DNA of 64,000 nucleotides from Candidatus Latescibacterota bacterium (GTDB taxonomy: Bacteria > Latescibacterota > UBA2968 > GCA-2709665): the NCBI GenBank assembly GCA_965226795.1, contig CBDDDZ010000005.1:2304001-2368000 (forward strand), written 5' to 3'. Under the pieces are notes generated by a model. The model had not been told where the DNA came from. It searched no databases and worked only from the letters and a program-made list of their open reading frames with translations. A program made the translations under genes and the position numbers. Positions 54,080-62,780 of the stretch are shown here, one piece after another; the stretch's first letter is position 1; each line of letters starts with the position of its first letter.

Positions 54080-54883
54080 TCAATTGAGAAAGCTGATAAT
54101 CTCCACAGCTGATACGGAGACTACTCCGTGGTCATTGGTGACGTCACAAAATAGCATCTCCTGCTCGTTCAAAGAGGCCCTTTGGATAATTCGCCTGGCG
54201 GTGTCACAAACGACGGAACCGCCAAGAACACGGCCTTCAGGTATTGGGGTGACCTGGGAAACATAGTTGGACTGGATGACCGGCACATTGAACAATCCTG
54301 TAATCGCTTTCGCCCCCTCTCCGCACCCGTCTCGGGTCATCTCGCCATCCTGGTTCCTTTTGCTCGTCGCGACACTTGGCCACAGAATCACGTCGCTGTC
54401 CTCTAATCCTCGGCCTACCACGTGATCCAGAAAACTCGATTCGGCGCAGAAGACAGAGCCAAAAAGAATACCGTGGATGTCTACAGGAGACCGCTCCTCC
54501 GACTCTACAAAACCCCATAGTTTCTTCCAAGCCTCGATCAAGAATGTCCTGGAGCCAGCAAGTACCGGTCCTTCCCCCGGCTGCAGTAGCAACAGCGCAT
54601 TGAGGAATCCTCTCTTCGAGAGAAAGGGCGAGCCAACCAGTGTGTAAACTTCAATTTCTTGGGTAACCATGCTCAGCTCTTCCAAGCTCGTCTCGATTTG
54701 GCCGTACCAATCAGGCTCTTTGAAGAATTCGTGTAAGTGTTGATCATACCCGGTCAGCATCATCTCTGGGAAAACTATCAGCTCAGCCTCATGGGATGCC
54801 GCCCTTTGCATCCACGCTTCAACAGTCGCGGTATTTTCTTCAACTGTTGCCGACATTGCGGGTTGCATTGAACAGACTCTCAT
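54080..54883 (-). CDS. carbon-nitrogen hydrolase (nitrilase family) cassette
   Basis: IVFPEMMLTGY, FCAE. Confidence 0.8.
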   Translation of the reverse strand: MRVCSMQPAMSATVEENTATVEAWMQRAASHEAELIVFPEMMLTGYDQHLHEFFKEPDWYGQIETSLEELSMVTQEIEVYTLVGSPFLSKRGFLNALLLLQPGEGPVLAGSRTFLIEAWKKLWGFVESEERSPVDIHGILFGSVFCAESSFLDHVVGRGLEDSDVILWPSVATSKRNQDGEMTRDGCGEGAKAITGLFNVPVIQSNYVSQVTPIPEGRVLGGSVVCDTARRIIQRASLNEQEMLFCDVTNDHGVVSVSAVEIISFLN

Positions 54884-54982
54884 TTGATTTCTGGAAAAGT
54901 AGGGCTGAGGGGTGTCATGGTCTTGCTTTTGTGCTCCGTAACCTGGGTTGGGAGGGGTTCCGTATTCTGCGCCGCTTTCGCC

Positions 54983-55065
54983 TAACGTTCTCGCGGGCTG
55001 CGAACCTGGCGAAGCCAGGTTGCTGCGGAGGCGCGTATGCGCCGAAGCCGCAGCCCGTCGTGTTA
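54983..55065. repeat. att-like site
   Basis: TAACGTT..CGGGCTGCGAACCTGGCGAAGCCAGGTTGC...CGCAGCCCGTCGTGTTA. Confidence 0.93.
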
Positions 55066-55226
55066 CACGCTTGCGGCGCGCCCCTTCCACGGCGACGCCC
55101 GCAACGGGCTGTATTAAGTGCACACCATAAACGATGTTTTCTGGTTTTTCGTCCTGTTTCTCAGGTCAATCGGAGGCCCATCAATAGCACCAAGAAAACA
55201 CATATCTCCCGAGTTAACTTCGCCCA

Positions 55227-55721
55227 TTAAAGGGGATTCGCCTTTATGAGTTGGAAGAGGTCGCCTTTCCTGGGGCGTTCGGATGTCAAAATCTCCATCA
55301 ATCTTGCCAGGACGTCAGCCCGGTCGAAACGCTTGAATTCTGGGTACAGCCCGATACGCCAATGGAGATAACCTTCAAGCTGTTTCGGATCTGTGAAAAT
55401 CTGTTTGGCCGCCAGAAACTCTGCTTGTAAGGCACGCCGATGTGCATAGGCATGTGAGCGTGAGGCCAACTTGTGTTGAATTTCCACATGCTCGTGTAGA
55501 GCAAACAAACGCGCATACTGCTCGTTCAATTCGATTAGGTCTTCTGGGATGTAAATCGTCCCTGCTTCGTCGTAGAAAGCCAGATCGGGTGTATCGGCTT
55601 CACACCGAAACACCGCATAAGAGATGGGCGTGTCAGCTACGACTGCCTGCTCGGTGCGGATGACTGACTGCTCAATAGCATCGAACAACTCAGTGGCTTC
55701 CGGGTGTGGCAATCGGAGCAT
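55227..55721 (-). CDS. hypothetical protein with HExxE/H metalloprotease-like motif; first cassette
   Basis: ALHEHVE...AH. Confidence 0.55.
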   Translation of the reverse strand: MLRLPHPEATELFDAIEQSVIRTEQAVVADTPISYAVFRCEADTPDLAFYDEAGTIYIPEDLIELNEQYARLFALHEHVEIQHKLASRSHAYAHRRALQAEFLAAKQIFTDPKQLEGYLHWRIGLYPEFKRFDRADVLARLMEILTSERPRKGDLFQLIKANPL

Positions 55722-55816
55722 AGGTATGGCTCTCGGGTGGGGTGTGTTCAGGGTTTTTGCTTTTTGTGCACGATCTGCAGGGTGGGGTGGTTGGGCCATC
55801 CTGCGCCGCTTGCGTG

Positions 55817-55947
55817 TAACTATGGTATTACCGAACCGTTACGGTAATGCGGGCCAGATCGGAGAATTCCCGAACGTTCGGGAACATTCCACGCTGAAGC
55901 TTGTAGCCCAAACATGTTCAGGAATGCTTCCTATGGTGGCATCGTCT
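55817..55947 (-). other. putative primary insertion site (attI-like) downstream of the recombinase
   Basis: TAAC core, ATTACCG/CGGTAAT dyad, perfect palindrome TTCCCGAACGTTCGGGAA at 55867-55884. Confidence 0.7.
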
Positions 55948-57080
55948 CTAACCAAAAACTGCCCCCCTTTCTTCCATCAATGCATCCGGCGGGCTCTGGA
56001 TTTTCGCGAGATCCCGATTCGTCACCCGAGTATAGATCTGTGTGGTTTTTGGGCTTGCATGCCCCAGCAACACCTGGATATATCGCAGGTCGGTCCCGCG
56101 TTCAAGCAGGTGTGTCGCAAAGGAATGCCGTAGCGTATGTATCGATATCCGCTTGTTAATATTGGCTTTCTTGCAAGCCCGGTCAAATGCTTTCTGAACT
56201 GATCGCTCGGTCAAATGCCGTCCCGGCCTTGCGCCCGGGAACAACCATGTTTCGGGTGGATATTGGCGCCTGTAGTCTTGAACCGCCTTCTGTGCGACCG
56301 CGGAGAGCATTGTGTAGCGATCCTTCCGGTGCTTGCCCTGACGAACATGAACCAGCTTTCGGTCCAGGTCGATATCTTCGACCTTTAGCCGGACCGCTTC
56401 ACCCAATCGGAGGCCTCCGGAATAGGTCAACAGGATGATCGCCCGATGCTTCAGGTTTTCTACCGCATCCAGTAACCGAAGCACTTCGGGCCGGCTCAAC
56501 ACAGTGGGCAATTTGTGCTCTTTTTTCGGACGGGGCAGGTTTTCAAGCGGATGCTGATCTTTTAACACACGGAGAAACAGGAATTTCAGTGCGCTCACGC
56601 ACTGATTGACGTAACTGTGCGAGGCTCCCGTTTCAAGGAGGTGATACACGTAATATCGGACCTCCATCTCCCCAAAAGATCGAGGTGCCTTGCCGCAATA
56701 ATTGGCAAATCGTCTGACGTGACCAAGGTAAGCTTTTCGCGCTTTTCGCGCGATACCCACCTGAGCCTCAACTCTTTTGCCATTTCTTCCAGAAACCCCT
56801 CAGGCTGATGCAGCGGTACTTCCAACCGGGTAATAGACACTGGATAAATAGATCCTGTCTCCGTGGGATCAACCCTGAACAATGTCGTCAGCTTTTCCAG
56901 CACCGCGCTTGTTCGGGGAATGCTCCAGAACCTGACAGCTGCCTCCCATCTTCGACCTGGTATCGTCTTGATTTTCTTGACACCATCCGTCGAATAAGAA
57001 AACCGTACGAAAAGACGGCCGTTCTTACCAGGAAACACGTGAGCTTTGGGTTTGTGCGATTTTGGATGTGGATACTCCAT
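55948..57080 (-). pseudogene. tyrosine recombinase (SAM-like plus catalytic domain, extra N-terminal domain), frameshift near 56755
   Basis: [35 protein letters not shown]; the upstream ORF ends ELRLR at the junction. Confidence 0.9.
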
Positions 57081-57546
57081 TGAGGTCTCCTCTCGGCATT
57101 GCAACTGAAAAAAGTGGATTGGCTTTGCTTTCAAACAAATCCCGTGCCGTAGAGACCGCCAATGGAGAACATTAAACGAACCTATTGTGAAACGGCGAGT
57201 TACGTGTTTCGTGTGTCAGATGGGAGAATATCCTTTTTTTACAGACCTTTCAGGTTGCTTGTTTGTTTCAAAACAGACCGTTCAACCCATCCAGAAAGTA
57301 CCATCCGAAGCGCCGCGAATATGAACCCGTAGCATTTCCAGGTCCTCGTATCGCCCCAAAACGACGTTCGCGGAACGGTTGGGAAGTTCGATATGTTAAG
57401 AAATCCGGACATATTAGATTTCCAAAACTGCCAGGAAAAGCGCCGATCATTCGCACGTCACCGGGAACGGAATTCCGGATCCCGTCGGCTGGCGCCGGGA
57501 TGCCTAAAGGAGCGGGCTTCTTTCGATTTCTCTTTTACAGCAGGCG

Positions 57547-58293
57547 TCACCGCTCCCCCCACCGGTTCCGCAACTCGATGACGGTCAGCATGGTCACCTC
57601 GCCGGTGGGTTCCAATCCGGCATCCGCCTGGAACTTTCTCAACGCCTCCCGGGTGGCCTCGTTCAGTTCGCCGTCGACCGGTCCGGTTTCGTATCCCATC
57701 CGATTCAGGATCGTCTGGACCTCGTAGTTGTGCTCCGGGCCGGCCGGCATATCCGACTCCTGTTCGGGTTCCCCCTGCTTCTCTTCAACCACCGCCGTAT
57801 CCTCCGAGATCAGCACCCAGCGCAGGAGCCGGACCTCAAAGAATGCGGCAACGATTCCGACCATCCATAGCAGGCCGAAAAGCAGCGCAATCCCCCAACG
57901 TAAAACCAGATCCCCTTCCACGCCAGCCGCAGGTTCGGAGAGATAGAAGACGTCAGGCGCAGCCAGAAAACGCAGGCATAACCAGAGCCCTACGTGCAGA
58001 AACACGAGAACGATCGGCGTGCGGACCGGGACCCTGAGAGGAGACCGTACCGGGCTCCATAGCCGCGCAATGGCCAGCGTCCAGAGATCGACCAGCGTCA
58101 GAAACAGAGGCCATACCGCGAGGAAGCCGACGGCCCGATCCGCGGTATCGGCGCTCCCCATCCATGCCCACCATGCCGCTGCCAGAAACGCCACCGCCAG
58201 CACGGTCCACGTGCCAACACGAAGCAGAAGGGCAGTCCGTGACCGCCCGGATTCCGACACGGACGGGTCCGCGGGAGGTTGAAATCGATTCAT
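57547..58293 (-). CDS. membrane protein with C-terminal peptidoglycan-binding domain
   Basis: TM segments; GY..GPVDG...T.EALRKFQ...GL. Confidence 0.8.
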   Translation of the reverse strand: MNRFQPPADPSVSESGRSRTALLLRVGTWTVLAVAFLAAAWWAWMGSADTADRAVGFLAVWPLFLTLVDLWTLAIARLWSPVRSPLRVPVRTPIVLVFLHVGLWLCLRFLAAPDVFYLSEPAAGVEGDLVLRWGIALLFGLLWMVGIVAAFFEVRLLRWVLISEDTAVVEEKQGEPEQESDMPAGPEHNYEVQTILNRMGYETGPVDGELNEATREALRKFQADAGLEPTGEVTMLTVIELRNRWGER

Positions 58294-58408
58294 TTCCGCC
58301 AGTCCCTTGCGGTCAACCTGCCGAAACGCCCTTCCAGAACGCAGGTAACTTGGCTATATTTTAGATTGAATGACCTCATAACTTGAGCTTCGAATCGGAT
58401 TACGAACC

Positions 58409-60535
58409 ATGCGTCTACAATCCGAAATCCTGGCGGTCGAACTGGTGGACGGCAACCGGATGGCGCATTATACCCGCGCCGGACGCGAGACCCATCCTTT
58501 TTCGCCCTGGTTGCTTGTCGAAGCACCGGAAGAGTGCGACAGGGCCGGCCTCTCCGGCGTCCAAAAAATAACGCGTCTCAAGGGCGGCGGTCAGCTTCGG
58601 TTTCTCGTCCACTTCCACTCCTGGACCGATTATCTGGATGCCCGGGGACAACTGTCCGCGGACGGCATTGCCCATTTCGACTTCAATAATCCGGTTAAAC
58701 AGCACCTGCTGCTTTCCGGTAACACGCTTTTTCGGGGCCTGCGTTACAACGACGTCCACCGCCTTCAACTCGATATCGAGACCACCGGCCTGGACCCGGA
58801 AGCGCCTGGCGCACACATTATCCTGGTCGCGCTTTCCGACAACAGGAACTATGAGGAAGTGCTCGGTACCCGGGAGATGTCCGAAGGCGCACTCCTGGAG
58901 GTCCTCAATCAGCGCATTCGGCGCCGCGACCCCGATATCATTGAAGGCCACAACATCTTTGACTTCGACCTCAACTACATCCAGGTTCGCGCCCGGGCCC
59001 TCAACATCAGCCTGACCTGGGGTCGGGACGGCTCCGAACTGAAAGCCGGGAACGGGTTGCGCCGATACCGGGTCGGCGCCCGCAGTCGCACCTTTCGTCC
59101 GGCCTACATTCACGGCCGCCACATTGTTGACACCTATCACCAGGTGCAGCGATATGACATAGGCGGGCGCCTGGAGAGTTATGGCCTGAAGAACGTCGTT
59201 CGTGCGCTCGGCCTGGAGCGCGCGGACCGTGTCTTCGTCGAGGGGGCCGACATCCAGCGAATCTGGCGTAGCGATCCGGGCAAGGTGGTGAACTACGCGC
59301 TGGACGACGTCCGTGACGTTCACGCGTTGAGCGAAATTGTCGCCACCACCGAATTCTACCAGACCCAGTTGCTGCCGTACCGGTTGCAGGACGCCGCCAT
59401 GGCCGGGCCGGGCGAAAAGATCAACGCCATGATGATCGGGTCCTACCTCCGCCGGGGGCTGGCCGTTCCGCGGCCTCAGCACGAGCAGTCGTTCGGGGGT
59501 GGATATACGGCACTGTTCGCCTCGGGCATTTTCAGCCGGGTGGTCAAGGCCGACGTGGAGAGCCTTTATCCCTCCATTATGTTGAATTACGGTATACGAC
59601 CCGCATCAGACACCGAGAACGTATTCCTGCCCATGCTGCAGCGCCTGGCCCGGCGACGTCTCGACGCCAAATCCCGTCTCAAGGAAGCCACTGCCGATGC
59701 CGACCGATCCTACTGGGACGGCCTGCAGGGCAGCTACAAGATTCTCATTAATTCCTTCTACGGATACCTTGGGTATGGCCAGGCGAATTTCAACGACTAC
59801 AAGGCGGCGGAACAGATCACAACCCGTGGCCAGCAGATTGCCCGGCAGGTTGTGACGATGCTGCGGGAAAGAAAGGCCCGGCTCATCGAGGCGGATACCG
59901 ACGGCGTTTATTTCGTGGTACCCCCCGGAATCGACACGGAACGGGAAGAACATCTTTTCGTGGAAGCGTTGTCCGAAGAATTGCCCGAGGGCATCCACCT
60001 ATCCCACGACGGCCGGTACCGGCGTATGATCAGTCTCAAAGCCAAAAACTATATTCTGGTCGATTACGACGGGCGCCTGATCATCAAGGGCAGCAGTCTG
60101 CGAAGCCGGCGCGACGAGCGTGTTTTCCGTGAGTTTGTCCGGAAGCTGGCCCCGCTGCTTGTCAACCGACAGTCCGATGCCGCGTCGGCGCTCTACATGG
60201 AATTCGCCCACCGCTTGAAGGCGGGTCAATTCGATCACAGAGAATTCTGCCGCAGGGAGAGCATTACCAAGAAGACTTTTTCGAATCCCAACCTGCGTCG
60301 GCTGGCCGCAGCCGCAAAGGGATGTGAAGTGGGCGACAGGATTGCCGTGTACCAGAGAAACGACGGCAGCCTCGCGCGAATTGAAACCTACGCCAATGAC
60401 GAAGACAGGGGCTATCTGCTACGGCGACTGCACGATATGGCCGGACGCTTCCGCGGCCTCTTCGACGAAGCCGAATTCAATCGGCGGTTCCCTCTCCTGA
60501 AACCATCCGCGGGTGAGCAACTCAGCCTCTTCTAG
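58409..60535 (+). CDS. polB: family B DNA polymerase (Pol II-like)
   Basis: DIETT, HNIFDFD, DVESLYPS, KILINSFYG, DTDG, C-terminal QLSLF clamp motif. Confidence 0.92.
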   Translation: MRLQSEILAVELVDGNRMAHYTRAGRETHPFSPWLLVEAPEECDRAGLSGVQKITRLKGGGQLRFLVHFHSWTDYLDARGQLSADGIAHFDFNNPVKQHLLLSGNTLFRGLRYNDVHRLQLDIETTGLDPEAPGAHIILVALSDNRNYEEVLGTREMSEGALLEVLNQRIRRRDPDIIEGHNIFDFDLNYIQVRARALNISLTWGRDGSELKAGNGLRRYRVGARSRTFRPAYIHGRHIVDTYHQVQRYDIGGRLESYGLKNVVRALGLERADRVFVEGADIQRIWRSDPGKVVNYALDDVRDVHALSEIVATTEFYQTQLLPYRLQDAAMAGPGEKINAMMIGSYLRRGLAVPRPQHEQSFGGGYTALFASGIFSRVVKADVESLYPSIMLNYGIRPASDTENVFLPMLQRLARRRLDAKSRLKEATADADRSYWDGLQGSYKILINSFYGYLGYGQANFNDYKAAEQITTRGQQIARQVVTMLRERKARLIEADTDGVYFVVPPGIDTEREEHLFVEALSEELPEGIHLSHDGRYRRMISLKAKNYILVDYDGRLIIKGSSLRSRRDERVFREFVRKLAPLLVNRQSDAASALYMEFAHRLKAGQFDHREFCRRESITKKTFSNPNLRRLAAAAKGCEVGDRIAVYQRNDGSLARIETYANDEDRGYLLRRLHDMAGRFRGLFDEAEFNRRFPLLKPSAGEQLSLF

Positions 60536-61779
60536 GGGACGACGGCAGGTCGGGTATTCGCGATTCGCCGGCCCACAACCAGTTTCCAAAGAACCACTCC
60601 CAGCACGCATCCGGTGATCCCGGGTACAAGCGCCGTCAGTGTGGCGCCCTGGAAATGGTGTGTGAGAATGCCGGCGCTCATCCCCACCGCGACCATAACC
60701 ACCATCCACCACGCCGCTCGACCCTGCCGGTGGGCCGCAAGCAGCGTGGTATGCGCCAGGCCGCACAACACAAAGGGCGGCACACACCAGACAAGCAGCC
60801 TGGCCGAAATCACAGCCGGGAGATAGGACGGGCCCAGAAGCCAGGATACCGCGGGGACGAGCATGACGTGTACGGCGGCCGAGACACCGACGGCAATGCC
60901 CGTAAGGGTCAGGGCGGACCGGGCGACGAGTTTCATGAACGCCCGCCGATCGGACAGCCGGGTGCTCAGCGCGGGCAGGACGGCCTCAAAACTCGCGCCA
61001 ATCAGAATGAGCAGCGCTGCCGCCAAACGATACCCGACGGCCAGATAGCCGGATTCGGCGCCGCCTCCGGTCTGATAATAGGCCGTCAGGTAATTCAGAT
61101 TCAACAGATTAATCAGGAAATACACCGCGGGCACATGTTTCAACCCCTCCACGATCCGACGCCGATTGAATCCCGGACGAACAAAAAGACCGAAATCACC
61201 CGCCACCTCCCGGACACAAGCGAGCCCCGCCACGAGATACCCTGCACGGCAGACCAGGTAGCACATTCCGACGCCCACAAGATTCCAACCGGCAATCATC
61301 GCGCCGATCCCGCTTGCCAGCAGCAGGATGTTGAGCCCAAGCATCAGCAGGGCGCAGTATCCGGATCGCTGGAGACCCTTGAAAACCGCGTTAACCCCGT
61401 CTCCCATGCTCATCAACACCGTCGAAACGCCCACAAGAAGCGCGGCCAGCGTCACACCCGGCCCGGTTCCGAACGCCCAGGCGGCCCCCACCATCACCGC
61501 CATCGCCGGCAGGGCCAGGGCCAGCCTGAACGAAACGGCTTCCGAGCACGCGATCCGGCCTTCGGCGGGGCTTGAAGCCGCGGCCTTGATGATGCGATTG
61601 TTCAACCCCGCGTCCAGAAACGGAACGAAAAAAGCAGTCAGGCCAATCACGAAGACATAGTCGGCCAGTCCGCTCTCCCCGAGAAACCGGGCCACACCCA
61701 CCAGAAGCAGCATCCCACCCAGCAGGTGGGCGCTTTTTTCCGCGGTGAGTAAGATCGAATTCGCCGAAATCCGTGCCAA
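60532..61779 (-). CDS. polysaccharide flippase (Wzx/MOP superfamily)
   Basis: many hydrophobic segments, DAGL motif. Confidence 0.7.
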   Translation of the reverse strand: MARISANSILLTAEKSAHLLGGMLLLVGVARFLGESGLADYVFVIGLTAFFVPFLDAGLNNRIIKAAASSPAEGRIACSEAVSFRLALALPAMAVMVGAAWAFGTGPGVTLAALLVGVSTVLMSMGDGVNAVFKGLQRSGYCALLMLGLNILLLASGIGAMIAGWNLVGVGMCYLVCRAGYLVAGLACVREVAGDFGLFVRPGFNRRRIVEGLKHVPAVYFLINLLNLNYLTAYYQTGGGAESGYLAVGYRLAAALLILIGASFEAVLPALSTRLSDRRAFMKLVARSALTLTGIAVGVSAAVHVMLVPAVSWLLGPSYLPAVISARLLVWCVPPFVLCGLAHTTLLAAHRQGRAAWWMVVMVAVGMSAGILTHHFQGATLTALVPGITGCVLGVVLWKLVVGRRIANTRPAVVP

Positions 61780-61857
61780 CGTCCCTCCGATACCGCCAGA
61801 AACAAAAAAAGCAGGTCAATGCCTGCTCCTCACACCATTGGCCGACGTGAAAACGTC

Positions 61858-62595
61858 TCAGAATCCAAATCCCAGGCGGTCGTCCACGCGAATAGTGACC
61901 GTGTCCGGTTCGCTTGTGATCGCGCCCTCCGCAACGACAACATCGTCGCGGACGCGTAATTCAAAAACGAAATCGGCCGGCGCGACGGCCCGGAAGGCCG
62001 GCATACTGTTCTCGGCATCGAAATCAACGCCGGGGCCGTCAAGCTGGGTCCAGATGTACCGGAGGACGTCCCGGTCCGGATCCGAACTGCCCATGCCGTC
62101 CAGTGTCACGCGGAGTCCGCTCGCATAGGCGATGGTGCGATCCATTCCTGCATCCGCCACGGGCGGGCCCTGGGTGACATGAATTTCAACCATCCCCTCG
62201 GTTTTGGTGCCGGACTTCCCGTCATCCACCTCAACCTTGAGCGTATAGACGCCCACCACGACGGGCGCGACCCAGACCACGGTCACCGAGTCCTGGAAGA
62301 GACCCCGCAACGAATCCAGTCGGCTGGCCTCGAACTGGCCACCCGCTTCACTTTTAAGATCCGTCCAGACGTAGTCCAGTTCGTCGTTGTCCGTGTCGTC
62401 TGTGAACAGTGAAATCTGGACCTTGCTTCCCCGACCTACGGATGGATACCCGTCCTGGTCCGTGGTGAGCGCCACAATCTGCGGCTGTTCCTGTCTGTCC
62501 AGAAGACCGCATCCCATTAGAGAAAACAGGCAACCCAATGCCAATGTCCAGCGCACGATATACCTCAGGGTAACCACAGCAGGGGGCAAAACCAC
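61858..62595 (-). CDS. lipoprotein with PKD/Ig-like domains
   Basis: LMGC lipobox; PVADAG, LDG..SSDPD. Confidence 0.7.
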   Translation of the reverse strand: MVLPPAVVTLRYIVRWTLALGCLFSLMGCGLLDRQEQPQIVALTTDQDGYPSVGRGSKVQISLFTDDTDNDELDYVWTDLKSEAGGQFEASRLDSLRGLFQDSVTVVWVAPVVVGVYTLKVEVDDGKSGTKTEGMVEIHVTQGPPVADAGMDRTIAYASGLRVTLDGMGSSDPDRDVLRYIWTQLDGPGVDFDAENSMPAFRAVAPADFVFELRVRDDVVVAEGAITSEPDTVTIRVDDRLGFGF

Positions 62596-62780
62596 TTTGA
62601 CCGGGTATCGCCATTATGTCGGCAAGTCCGGGATTGCAACGCTTGTTCTAATTCCCTGGCAACTATCGGGTTCCATCAAACGGACGGGGTTGTCAGCGGA
62701 CACCTGCGCCGAATCCGTTACGTGTCCGAAAGACATAGGCTGAACGGGCGTTCGAACCGCACACCCGGATGCGGGGATGA

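Noticed and set aside
14231..55065. CRISPR array
   Set aside because: The repeats are long, variable and separated by whole genes, and there are no cas genes.
16225..55065. Sites as simple Rho-independent terminators
   Set aside because: There are no U-tracts on the coding strand, and the conserved cores and cassette-end pairing are not explained by termination.
55860..55925. LexA (SOS) box in the GAAC/GTTC-rich segment
   Set aside because: The spacings (0, 2 and 6 nt) do not match GAAC-N4-GTTC or GAAC-N7-GAAC.
55948..57080. Calling the gene intI or xerC/xerD
   Set aside because: It lacks the IntI insertion, and the extra N-domain and context do not fit Xer; no symbol assigned.
3394..61575. 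Long antisense or overlapping ORFs (e.g. 3394-4191, 6812-7867, 11132-11995, 58415-59482, 60655-61575)
   Set aside because: They are shadows of GC-rich real genes and show no recognisable motifs.
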